A model generated the notes under the pieces. That model was not told the origin of the DNA, searched no databases, and was given only the letters and a program-made list of their open reading frames with translations. The translations under genes were made by a program, and so were the position numbers. A stretch of 64,000 nucleotides of DNA. It comes from an uncultured Gammaproteobacteria bacterium (GTDB taxonomy: Bacteria; Patescibacteriota; Microgenomatia; CAYQLK01). Shown here in pieces: positions 27,165 through 35,266 of this stretch; the first letter of the stretch is position 1, and each line of letters opens with the position of its first letter. The stretch lies in the NCBI GenBank assembly GCA_964404855.1, contig CAYOLO010000001.1:158245-222244 (forward strand), given 5' to 3'.

Positions 27165-27944
27165 TTAACGATTACGTTCGTTTTTGACAAAAAGAAAAGT
27201 TCCAATTACAAGAAAAATTAAACCAGCTCCTAATACAACAGAGAGGTTAATTAGCGGATTAAAGAGTACGGTTTTGGAATATTCTGGATTGCCCAGATAA
27301 TAGACGCTTCTAAGTAGGTCGACAGCGTAGGTCATCGGTGAAAGTCGAGAGGCAATTAATATTGGCAAAGGAAGATTGGAAATAGGATTAAAAACACCAG
27401 CCAGAAAGAATTGGGGAAAAAGAATAAAAGGAAATATTTGATTAGCTGCTCTTTGATTACTTAGGCTAGACATAACCATAACACCAAAAGCTCCACCAAA
27501 AAATGAGACTGCGAAGACAAATGGGATAAGTCTAATAAGGGCGGGAATGTCGAGCGGGATGCCCATAATAAAACCAAAAACTAAAACGCCAACAATCTGA
27601 ACCATAGAAATTAATGTTTCGCCAAGTATTTTGCCAAGCAGAATGGAGTAGCGGGAGATTGGCGCAATAAACATTTCTTGGGCGAAGTCGTTTTGTCTGT
27701 CTTCGACTAGAGAAATAATTCCTGAAGCTGTTGACTGAAAAAGAGTTTGGGCAATTACGCCAATAAAAACAAAAACCAAGAAATTAAATCCAAGATTGTC
27801 GCCAAGATTTGACTGTAAGCTGGTACCAAGGACGCCAATAAAAATAACTGGGAAGATAAGACTAGCTAATATCCTCGGACGGTCGCGAAATAGCTTGGAG
27901 ACATCTCTAAAAGCAATGGTAATAATGGCGTTAAGATTGTGCAT
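27165..27944 (-). CDS. ABC-2 family transporter permease
   Basis: 259 aa, six TM helices. N-terminus AIITIAFRDVSKLFRDRPRILASLIFPVIFIGVLG is typical of ABC-2 exporters. Translationally coupled to the upstream ATPase (14-nt overlap). Confidence 0.8.
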   Translation of the reverse strand: MHNLNAIITIAFRDVSKLFRDRPRILASLIFPVIFIGVLGTSLQSNLGDNLGFNFLVFVFIGVIAQTLFQSTASGIISLVEDRQNDFAQEMFIAPISRYSILLGKILGETLISMVQIVGVLVFGFIMGIPLDIPALIRLIPFVFAVSFFGGAFGVMVMSSLSNQRAANQIFPFILFPQFFLAGVFNPISNLPLPILIASRLSPMTYAVDLLRSVYYLGNPEYSKTVLFNPLINLSVVLGAGLIFLVIGTFLFVKNERNR

Positions 27945-28893
27945 TTTTGGTAATTATTTCTACATAAGCATCCTCGAGTGATGGGTTGTGAATGTCTAGA
28001 AAAGTAAGAGGAGTTTTGATTTTTTGGATTATTTCCTGACCAGTTGATTGATTATTAATTAAGATTTTTACTGGTCCAGCTCCTTCAAATTTGATTTTGT
28101 GACTAGTTAATTCCCTGGTTAGTTTAGTGCGATCTTTGGAGTCAAGAGTAATGTATTTTTTGATTAATGATTCTTTTATTTCAACTGGTGTTCCTTTGGT
28201 AGTGATTTTGCCTTGATCAATAATGCATATAAAGTCAGAATTTTCTGCTTCTTCTAGATAGTGGGTTGTTAAAAAAATAGTGATATCTTCTTTTTTGCGG
28301 ATATCTTGGAGATATTTCCAGAGATTTTGGCGGCTGACTGGATCAAGGCCAGTGGTTGGTTCGTCAAGAAAGAGTACTTTTGGTTGATGCATTAGTGACC
28401 TAATGATTTCGAGTTTGCGTTTCATTCCACCAGAGAGAGTTTTGACTGGTTTATTGATGTCTTTTTCTAGTCCAACGACTTTGGCAAGCTTGGTAACTCT
28501 TTTTTTGTACTCACTTGGCATTAGTGAATATGTAGGCATAAATGTGTAGAGGTTGTAGAGGCTGGCGTGGAAGCGGATGTTTTCTTCAGCGGTTAAGTTA
28601 AGGTCGAGAGATGGATTTTGAAAAATAACTCCGATTTGTTGACGAACTTTTTCTGGGTGCTTTTCGACATCAAAACCAGCAATAGTTACAACTCCCTCTG
28701 TTTTGGAAAGAATAGTTGTAAGGATTGAGATTGCGGTTGTTTTGCCGGCACCGTTGGGTCCGAGGAGCGAAAAGAACGAACCTTCATCAACATAAAATGA
28801 AATATTGTCAACAGCGTTTGTTTTAGCCTTCTTATATTTTTTGACTAGGTTTTTGACCTCAATTATGTGATTAATCTCTTTTTTTGTTTTCAT
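27931..28893 (-). CDS. ABC transporter ATP-binding protein (partner of ABC-2 permease)
   Basis: Walker A LLGPNGAGKTT, signature LSGGMKRKLEI, Walker B VLFLDEPTTGLD. Start moved to Met 28893 (MKTKKEINHIIEVKNL), because the track N-terminus (to 28971) is an antisense read-through of the tRNA-Ser gene. Confidence 0.88.
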   Translation of the reverse strand: MKTKKEINHIIEVKNLVKKYKKAKTNAVDNISFYVDEGSFFSLLGPNGAGKTTAISILTTILSKTEGVVTIAGFDVEKHPEKVRQQIGVIFQNPSLDLNLTAEENIRFHASLYNLYTFMPTYSLMPSEYKKRVTKLAKVVGLEKDINKPVKTLSGGMKRKLEIIRSLMHQPKVLFLDEPTTGLDPVSRQNLWKYLQDIRKKEDITIFLTTHYLEEAENSDFICIIDQGKITTKGTPVEIKESLIKKYITLDSKDRTKLTRELTSHKIKFEGAGPVKILINNQSTGQEIIQKIKTPLTFLDIHNPSLEDAYVEIITKNAQS

Positions 28894-28902
28894 TATTGTT
28901 TC

Positions 28903-28992
28903 TGGCGGAGAGAGGGGGATTCGAACCCCCGATACGCTTACGCGTAAACCTGCTTTCCAAGCAAGCGCCATAGGCCTCTAGGCGACCTCTCC
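28903..28992 (-). tRNA. tRNA-Ser (anticodon GGA), class II long variable arm, CCA encoded
   Basis: Revcomp GGAGAGGTCGCCTAGAGGCCTATGGCGCTTGCTTGGAAAGCAGGTTTACGCGTAAGCGTATCGGGGGTTCGAATCCCCCTCTCTCCGCCA. Acceptor 7 bp, anticodon stem CTTGC/GCAGG with loop TTGGAAA, long variable arm, T-loop TTCGAAT. Confidence 0.85.
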
Positions 28993-29065
28993 AAGTGTGG
29001 TATTTTAGCAGAGGCTAATGCAAACCTGAACCACCAGATAAAATTGAGCTGATATAATCTAATTT

Positions 29066-29677
29066 ATGCCCACCAAGTCCAAGCCAAAAACAAAAAAAGG
29101 CGACCAACTACTCAAAAAAGCATTTAGTATTCCCGATTATCAAAATTTAGACAGGAACCTGACCAAAGAAGAAATCTTAGCTCTCAAATCCGATGTCATA
29201 AAAAGTAAATCTTTACTTAGTTGGCGAGCATATTCTCGTGTCTACAAAAAGCGGACAAAAATGTATTACATAAATATCGCAATAATCGTATTTTTGCTTG
29301 GCCTAATAGCTATAACGATTCAAGAGCCAATTGTTGCGATGCTGATTCTTTCACTGGGATTTGTAGCTTATGTTTTGGCATATATTGAACCTCCAATTGT
29401 GGAGAATAGAATTACAAGATTAGGAATAGTTAATGGGGGTAGTGCTTTCTTGTGGGCTGAGTTAGGTAGTTTTTGGTTTTCCCAAAGAAATAAACAGACA
29501 ATTCTTAATATCACTCAAAACAAACTCAGGCCTGCGCTAGTTATGATTATTGAAGATAAAGAGAGGCAAAAAATAATTAATATTTTGTCAGAACAATTAG
29601 AGTATCGAAGAGACTATAAAGGTTTTATTGTCGATAAAATGGCAGATACGCTTGTTGAAAAAGTTCCTTTAGAGTAA
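29066..29677 (+). CDS. Two-TM membrane protein, hypothetical
   Basis: 203 aa. TATAAT-like box gatataatc ~10 nt upstream. Hydrophobic helices at aa ~68–105. Confidence 0.45.
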   Translation: MPTKSKPKTKKGDQLLKKAFSIPDYQNLDRNLTKEEILALKSDVIKSKSLLSWRAYSRVYKKRTKMYYINIAIIVFLLGLIAITIQEPIVAMLILSLGFVAYVLAYIEPPIVENRITRLGIVNGGSAFLWAELGSFWFSQRNKQTILNITQNKLRPALVMIIEDKERQKIINILSEQLEYRRDYKGFIVDKMADTLVEKVPLE

Positions 29678-29788
29678 AATTCCCCTCGTTCTTTTGGAAT
29701 CAAGCGCTCGTAGCTCAGTTTAGGAAATCAGCAGAATAAATTCCCTGATATCCACTGAACTACAAACGGTCAAAATTAAAATTTGTTC

Positions 29789-29861
29789 GCGCTCGTAGCT
29801 CAGTGGATAGAGTATCAGATTGCGGATCTGAGGGTCGCAGGTTCGAATCCTGCCGGGCGCA
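29789..29861 (+). tRNA. tRNA-Arg (anticodon GCG), CCA not encoded
   Basis: GCGCTCG-TA-GCTC-AGTGGATA-GAGT-A-TCAGA-TTGCGGA-TCTGA-GGGTC-GCAGG-TTCGAAT-CCTGC-CGGGCGC-A. Perfect 5-bp anticodon stem, loop TTGCGGA (U33, G34-C35-G36). Confidence 0.75.
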
Positions 29862-29948
29862 CACAGTTTAATACAACAGGAGGGGTCGCATAAGAACCTC
29901 AAGTTAAAACTTGAGAACCTTGCTCGACTCTTTCAACGGAATAAATAA

Positions 29949-30038
29949 GGAGGGGTCGCATAGTGGACTAGTGCGGTCGTCTTGAAAACGACTAAGGGTT
30001 TACGCCCTTCGAGAGTTCGAATCTCTCCCCCTCCGCCA
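29949..30038 (+). tRNA. tRNA-Ser (anticodon TGA), CCA encoded; attachment site of the downstream integrated element
   Basis: GGAGGGGTCGCATAGTGGACTAGTGCGGTCGTCTTGAAAACGACTAAGGGTTTACGCCCTTCGAGAGTTCGAATCTCTCCCCCTCCGCCA. Anticodon stem GTCGT/ACGAC, loop CTTGAAA, long variable arm. Confidence 0.85.
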
Positions 30039-31535
30039 AGTTTTACATTCAGCGAAATTGAAAGATGTTGCCTCGGCGCAAAGCGCCTCGGCATGGTATT
30101 TTTCCGCTATTTTGAAGGCATTTTTGAAATCCAAAACCAAAGTGCGGTCGGCAATGCGGAAGTTCGAACCAATCTTTTTGAGAAAATCCCGAATCCTTTC
30201 GGGATTTTCTTGTTGAGCGTATTTTTCGGCTTGGTTGGCGTCTTTTAGAAAGGCAATGGCAAGTTCGAACCGATTATTGCTCTTTCGCCCAAAAGCATGG
30301 ATTTTTTCTTCCAAATCTTTTTTAGCGAGAATGAGCTTGTACTTTTTAGCGGTATATTCCGCTTGCGACAAATTGCCGTCCAGTTGTAAATCAAGCAAGC
30401 GATCAAGTTTTGTTTCTATCTCTACAAGCTCATTTCTCGCTTTTTGGGCGAAAGAGCTTTCCGCTTGGGCAATTTTAATTTTTTCGTTTTCGAAAAAATT
30501 GATTGATGCGTTTGCCCAAGCGGAAGACAAAGAAACTTTTTTGATTTCTTCTTTTATTTGAAAAGTGATGGCGTCCTCTCTCGCATACCTTTGCGAACAA
30601 GGATTTTTCCGTTTGGTACATCGCAAATAATTATGCCCTTTTTGCGTTTCGGTGGTAATGAAACAGCCACACTCTCCGCAACGGAAAAATCCTCTATACA
30701 CATAAGGTTTGAGTTTTGGCGATTTCGGTTTGCTTTTGTTCGCCATCACTTCTTGGCATAAATCAAAAAGTTTCTTTGTGATAATCGGTTCGTGCTTTCC
30801 GTCATACAATTCGCCGTTGTACTCAATCATTCCATAATAGATTTTGTTTTTCAGCATATACTGATAATTTGAGACGGAAAGCATTTTGCCTTTCTTGCCA
30901 ACCAAGCCCAAGGAATTGATAATCTTTCGGATTTGAGCGAGGGGGTATTCGCCAGTTGCGTACATTTCAAAAGCCCGCTTGATATATTTTGCTTTTTCTT
31001 TGTCCACGGCAATACAGCGGGCGTTTTTGTCGTTTATATAGCCCAATGGCGCCCAAGCGGGCCATATTCCATTTCGCAATTTCTGGCGAATACCCCTCTT
31101 TATATTTTCCGAAAGATTATCCACATAATATTTTGATTGCCCAAAAGCAATGGACAACATAAATTTTCCCTGCGGTGTCGGATCAAACCAAAAAGTTGGA
31201 AATTTTAGCGTGGTAATTTTTCCAGTATCCACCAAGTAAATTATTCGTCCGCCGTCTATGGAATTACGAGCAAGGCGGTCAGGGTGCCACGCTAAAATTC
31301 CTTCGGCTTCATTTTTCTCTATGCTTGCCACCATTTCGTTAAAAATCTCTCTGCCCGGCTCTTTGGCGGTTTTGCTTTCCACAAATTCACTGACGATATT
31401 TAATCCTTCCTTTTTGGCATATTCTCGCAATTCAAACATTTGTGCCTCAATACTCAAAACCTGCCTTTCGGGTTCGTCCGTGGATTTACGGGCATAGAGA
31501 AAAATCTTTTTGGTTTGTAAATTTATGTTGTCCAT
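30000..31535 (-). CDS. Large serine recombinase (resolvase/invertase catalytic domain + recombinase domain + zinc ribbon + coiled coil)
   Basis: 511 aa. N-terminal catalytic motif IFLYARKSTDEPERQVLSIEAQ (YxRxST...Q with nucleophile Ser). Zinc ribbon CGECGCF...CTKRK, then C-terminal coiled coil. Last 13 codons overlap the 3' end of tRNA-Ser(TGA) on the opposite strand. Confidence 0.85.
   Translation of the reverse strand: MDNINLQTKKIFLYARKSTDEPERQVLSIEAQMFELREYAKKEGLNIVSEFVESKTAKEPGREIFNEMVASIEKNEAEGILAWHPDRLARNSIDGGRIIYLVDTGKITTLKFPTFWFDPTPQGKFMLSIAFGQSKYYVDNLSENIKRGIRQKLRNGIWPAWAPLGYINDKNARCIAVDKEKAKYIKRAFEMYATGEYPLAQIRKIINSLGLVGKKGKMLSVSNYQYMLKNKIYYGMIEYNGELYDGKHEPIITKKLFDLCQEVMANKSKPKSPKLKPYVYRGFFRCGECGCFITTETQKGHNYLRCTKRKNPCSQRYAREDAITFQIKEEIKKVSLSSAWANASINFFENEKIKIAQAESSFAQKARNELVEIETKLDRLLDLQLDGNLSQAEYTAKKYKLILAKKDLEEKIHAFGRKSNNRFELAIAFLKDANQAEKYAQQENPERIRDFLKKIGSNFRIADRTLVLDFKNAFKIAEKYHAEALCAEATSFNFAECKTWRRGRDSNSRRA
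30033..30228. repeat. IR-1a: inverted-repeat copy overlapping the recombinase 3' coding end (partner 31568–31783)
   Basis: Revcomp of 30039–30170 is identical to 31648–31783. Further shared blocks (aaaagattggttcg; gaaaaatacgctcaac) extend it to ~30228. Contains hairpin aaaatcccgaa-tcct-ttcgggatttt (30183–30208). Confidence 0.8.
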
Positions 31536-31567
31536 ATTGTTTTGAAATTAGTTTTTGGGCAATCAAA

Positions 31568-31783
31568 GAAAAATACGCTCAACCTTTCGCCAAAGGCGAA
31601 AGAAAAAAGATTGGTTCGCAAAATTTCATTTTGCCAGAGCTTCGCTCTGCGAACTTCCGCATTGCCGACCGCACTTTGGTTTTGGATTTCAAAAATGCCT
31701 TCAAAATAGCGGAAAAATACCATGCCGAGGCGCTTTGCGCCGAGGCAACATCTTTCAATTTCGCTGAATGTAAAACTTGGCGG
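31568..31783. repeat. IR-1b: inverted copy of the recombinase 3' end located just upstream of the recombinase start
   Basis: Encodes in the + frame ...NFRIADRTLVLDFKNAFKIAEKYHAEALCAEATSFNFAECKTWR, identical to the recombinase C-terminus. Carries a 33-nt insertion (31615–31647). A different hairpin ctttcgcc-aaa-ggcgaaag sits at the position of the IR-1a hairpin. Confidence 0.8.
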
Positions 31784-32120
31784 TGTTTTTTGGACGAAGT
31801 TCGAACATTTTTTGAGCAAAACCCCCAATAAGGAAGCCAGCCCCGCCGTCGCTCGGAAACCTCGCCACCCCGCAAAAAAGTTTTCTTCACATTTTTTGAT
31901 TTGCGCGCGCCGGATTTTTTCTTCTAAAAGGAAAAGAAAACTTTTTTGCGGGGTTCTGCTCTTAACGAGCAGGACGGCGGAGCTGTCCGCTTTTTGTATT
32001 CGCTCGGGCGTGGCGGAATTCCCCCCAAACCCCCCTTCCGCCACGCCCTCGCGGGGACGATTCTTTTTTTCGGCGGAATTTGAGGCTGTATTTTGCAAAG
32101 CAAAATGCGCCACCAAAAGG
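31778..32120. repeat. IR-2a: GC-rich palindrome-dense repeat (inverted partner 37643–37985)
   Basis: ~310 nt essentially identical to the revcomp of 37674–37985. Contains an 18-bp perfect inverted repeat CCCCGCAAAAAAGTTTTC (31868–31885) / GAAAACTTTTTTGCGGGG (31936–31953). Also a 13-bp perfect inverted repeat GGGCGTGGCGGAA (32006–32018) / TTCCGCCACGCCC (32036–32048). Long ORFs on both strands are artefacts of GC-rich palindromes. Confidence 0.8.
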
Positions 32121-32280
32121 GATGTTGCACTTGACCCACCCAACCCATTCGCGGGCAACGTTAAGGAACTCCCTAAAGATTCATTTACAAAATTGTTTAA
32201 ATTAGTTATCATTATAGTATCAAGAAAGAAACCTTTATATTATATTCTATATACTATAATGTTATATAATTAGAAAAGAT

Positions 32281-32484
32281 ATGTCAAATAATAAAATTGC
32301 TGAAAACTTAAAGAAACTACGGGCTAAAAAAGGGCTTTCCCTTGAGAAAATAGCTCGCCTTGCCGATTTATCCCTTAACACTATTGTTAAGGTTGAAAAC
32401 GGAGTAAATACAAACCCAACAATTGAAACACTAACTAAGATCGCCAAGGCGCTTGAGGTTGGCGTTGATGATTTAATAAAGTAA
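32281..32484 (+). CDS. XRE-family HTH regulator; probable R-M controller (C) protein
   Basis: 67 aa: KLRAKKGLSLEKIARLADLSLNTIVKVENGVNTNPTIETLTKIAKALEV is a canonical XRE helix-turn-helix. Size and position directly upstream of a DNA methyltransferase match C proteins. Confidence 0.65.
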   Translation: MSNNKIAENLKKLRAKKGLSLEKIARLADLSLNTIVKVENGVNTNPTIETLTKIAKALEVGVDDLIK

Positions 32485-32486
32485 TT

Positions 32487-33269
32487 ATGCCAATTTTTAA
32501 TGATTTAAATTTAGATAGTTGGAAAGAATCAGAAATTTTAACTGATAGCCTTTGGATTATTCCCGAAAGAGATAAAACAGGAAAACATAATGGCTTTTAT
32601 CACGGCAATTTTATTCCGCAAATTCCACACCAGTTGATTTTGAGATATACAAAGAAAAATGAAATTGTTTTTGATCCATTTTTAGGAAGTGGGACAACCG
32701 CCTATGAAGCGGAAAGTCTAAACAGAAATTTTATCGGCGTAGATATCCAAAAAAAGCTTGTTGATTATGTCGGTAAAAATATTGAGCCAAAAAATAATTT
32801 CTCTGATTTGATTGTTGGCGATAGCACAAAAATTGAAACTTTTGAAAAAGTAAAAGAAGTTTTAAAAAATCACAAAAAGAAAAATATTCAATTGGCAATT
32901 TTGCACCCGCCATATGCCGACATAATTAAATTTAGTGATTTAAAAGATGATTTATCAAATGCCAAATCTCTAAAAGAATTTTTAGGGAAATTTGCAGAGG
33001 TTTTAAAAAATACAATTGATATTTTAGAAAATGGTAGATATTTAGCAATTGTCATCGGCGATAAATACACAGCTGGCAAATGGATACCTTTGGGATTTTA
33101 TTGTATGAATGAAGCGCAAAAATTAGGATTGACACTAAAAAGTATTATAATTAAGAATATGGCGGGCAATCGCGCCAAACAAAACAAAGAAAGGATTTGG
33201 CGATACAGGGCGCTTTCAAGCGATTATTATATTTTTAAACACGAATATATTTTAATTTTCAAAAAATAA
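32487..33269 (+). CDS. DNA methyltransferase, beta-class N6-adenine/N4-cytosine (motif I before motif IV)
   Basis: FDPFLGSGTTAYEAESLNRNFIGVDI (AdoMet motif I, ParB-Mtase/N6_N4_Mtase type) and ILHPPYADII (motif IV (D/S)PPY). Confidence 0.8.
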   Translation: MPIFNDLNLDSWKESEILTDSLWIIPERDKTGKHNGFYHGNFIPQIPHQLILRYTKKNEIVFDPFLGSGTTAYEAESLNRNFIGVDIQKKLVDYVGKNIEPKNNFSDLIVGDSTKIETFEKVKEVLKNHKKKNIQLAILHPPYADIIKFSDLKDDLSNAKSLKEFLGKFAEVLKNTIDILENGRYLAIVIGDKYTAGKWIPLGFYCMNEAQKLGLTLKSIIIKNMAGNRAKQNKERIWRYRALSSDYYIFKHEYILIFKK

Positions 33270-33271
33270 TT

Positions 33272-34171
33272 ATGGAATACATAAAATCAAAATTATCAGA
33301 CGATTTAGCGCGAAAAATTATCGGTAGTCAAGAAAAAGCAACCGAGTATTTGTTGCGATTAAACGAGATTAAGCCAATACATGCCTTAAAATTCAAAACC
33401 ATTAGCCGTGGACAAAATGCGGGTAAAAAAGTTTTAGTTTTAGAAACAAAGGAACTTTGGAAAGCCGTTGTTGATAGCTGGGATTATGAGGAAAGCAAAA
33501 AGATAATCAGAGATATTTTCAAACAGACCGAAAAATACAAAAGCGGAAAAGAAGCTGACAATGCAATGGATGTGCTTATCAAAGAATGGCAATCGTTGAA
33601 ATTGGGCGATATTGCATGGCCATTTTCGCAGGGCGCTTTTGACGAGTTTGTGCAACGAGTAAATTCTGAAAAAGAAAACGGATTTGTTAAAGATGAAAAA
33701 GTGAAAGTCGCTGCGGTAAAATATAGGCGAATAAAAGAAATAAACACTGTTAGGAATGATTTTATAGAAACATTGATTTTTGAAAAAAATAACAATATTT
33801 TGCCGACATTAAATCATAGACGAGGTGTTGATTTTTTTATCAATGGAGTTTCTTTTGATCAAAAAGTCGCAAAAAGTCCGACAAATGAATTTAAAAGGCA
33901 CTTTAAAGATGAGTGGCGAGAAGTGGCAATCAAAAAACCTGAACTTGTCGCAGAATATCTCTACAAATTCCAAGACGAAGGCAGATTTGGGGCAGACCCG
34001 AGATTATTGGTTGTTTATATTGATGAAGATGTTTCAATTGATAAAATAAGAGAGATAATAAACAAAACCGACTTAAATAATCCGGTTGAAATCAATTTCA
34101 CTTACAAACATAAAAATCTTGGTGAGAAAAATTATAAAGTGCCTTGTTTTGTAATCTTATTGCATAACTAA
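33272..34171 (+). CDS. Putative Type II restriction endonuclease (inferred from position between two MTases; candidate PD-(D/E)XK core)
   Basis: 299 aa, no MTase motifs. Candidate catalytic core ...RRGVDFFINGVSFDQKV (D...DQK). Assignment is contextual. Confidence 0.35.
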   Translation: MEYIKSKLSDDLARKIIGSQEKATEYLLRLNEIKPIHALKFKTISRGQNAGKKVLVLETKELWKAVVDSWDYEESKKIIRDIFKQTEKYKSGKEADNAMDVLIKEWQSLKLGDIAWPFSQGAFDEFVQRVNSEKENGFVKDEKVKVAAVKYRRIKEINTVRNDFIETLIFEKNNNILPTLNHRRGVDFFINGVSFDQKVAKSPTNEFKRHFKDEWREVAIKKPELVAEYLYKFQDEGRFGADPRLLVVYIDEDVSIDKIREIINKTDLNNPVEINFTYKHKNLGEKNYKVPCFVILLHN

Positions 34172-34175
34172 AATT

Positions 34176-35249
34176 ATGAATTATATCGGCAGTAAATTAT
34201 CATTATTGGAATTTTTAGAAGAATCAATTAATAAAGTAGTTGATAAAAACTGCGATACTTTTTGTGATTTATTTGCGGGAACTGGAATTGTTGGAAGTTA
34301 TTTTAAAAGAAAGGGTTATAAAATAATCGCTAATGATATTCAATATTACAGCTATGTTTTAAATAGGCACTATATAGGAAATCACAAAGAATTAAATTTT
34401 GCAAAACTAACAAAAGAAATCCCCAATTTAAAAAGTATTGATGTAAAAAATAGGAAAAATTTTGTTTGCAATTATTTATCAGATTTAAAAGGTGTAAAAG
34501 GATTTATTTATAAAAATTATTGTCTTGGAGGATCAAAAGATCAGACAGAACCACGACAATATTTTTCCGATGAAAACGGAATGCGTTGCGATGCTATCCG
34601 TCAAAAAATTGAAAACTGGAAAGAGCAAAGTTTAATTTCTAATGACGAATATTATTTTTTGATTACAAGTTTAGTTGAGTCAATTGATAAATACGCAAAT
34701 ACGGCTTCCGTATATGGTGCTTTTCTGAAAAAACTAAAAAAGACAGCTCAAAATAATTTAATTTTAAAACCCGCTGAATTGATAATAAACGACCAAGACC
34801 ACGAAGTTTTTAACGAAGATATAAATAAAGTAGCAGGAAAAATTAAAGGCGATATTTTGTATTTAGATCCACCATATAATCAAAGACAATACGCGACAAA
34901 TTATCATATGCTTGAAACTATCGCAAAATATGATAATCCTGAAATTCATGGAAAAACTGGTTTGCGCGAATATCAAAATCAAAAGTCCCTTTATTGTTCA
35001 AGGACACAAGTAAAAAAAGCATTTAAGGATTTGATTTTGAAAGCAAAAGCAAAATATATCTTTTTAAGCTATAACAACGAGGGTTTAATGACTTTAGGCG
35101 ATATTCAAGAAATAATGAGCTTACGGGGCAAATACGGTAATTTTACGAAAGAATATAATCGTTTTAAGGCGGATAAGTCAGAAAACAGAAACTATACTGC
35201 GAATAAAACTGTTGAGTATTTGCATTATGTAGTTTGTGAAAAAGCATAA
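34176..35249 (+). CDS. Dam-family (D12 class, alpha-type) N6-adenine DNA methyltransferase
   Basis: N-terminal NYIGSKLSLLEFL...FCDLFAGTGIVG (D12-class motif X/I) and DILYLDPPYNQRQYATNYH (motif IV DPPY). Confidence 0.8.
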   Translation: MNYIGSKLSLLEFLEESINKVVDKNCDTFCDLFAGTGIVGSYFKRKGYKIIANDIQYYSYVLNRHYIGNHKELNFAKLTKEIPNLKSIDVKNRKNFVCNYLSDLKGVKGFIYKNYCLGGSKDQTEPRQYFSDENGMRCDAIRQKIENWKEQSLISNDEYYFLITSLVESIDKYANTASVYGAFLKKLKKTAQNNLILKPAELIINDQDHEVFNEDINKVAGKIKGDILYLDPPYNQRQYATNYHMLETIAKYDNPEIHGKTGLREYQNQKSLYCSRTQVKKAFKDLILKAKAKYIFLSYNNEGLMTLGDIQEIMSLRGKYGNFTKEYNRFKADKSENRNYTANKTVEYLHYVVCEKA

Positions 35250-35266
35250 ACTATAAGCTATGAAAT

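Noticed and set aside
28894-28971. N-terminal extension of the ABC ATPase ORF (MALAWKAGLRVSVSGVRIPLSPPETI)
   Set aside because: It is the antisense translation of tRNA-Ser(GGA). The real start is Met 28893.
29720-29902. 60-aa minus-strand ORF
   Set aside because: Spans tRNA-Arg on the opposite strand; spurious.
31442-31831. 129-aa plus-strand ORF ending ...NFRIADRTLVLDFKNAFKIAEKYHAEALCAEATSFNFAECKTWR
   Set aside because: It is the inverted-repeat copy (IR-1b) of the recombinase 3' end read in frame. It has no catalytic domain. Treated as a repeat arm, not an independent gene.
31523-32273. Overlapping long ORFs on both strands (229 aa, 183 aa, 103 aa, 74 aa) and their mirror images at 37550–38048
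   Set aside because: They occur in GC-rich palindromic repeat DNA where all frames are open, and identical ORFs appear on both strands of both repeat copies. There is no coding signal.
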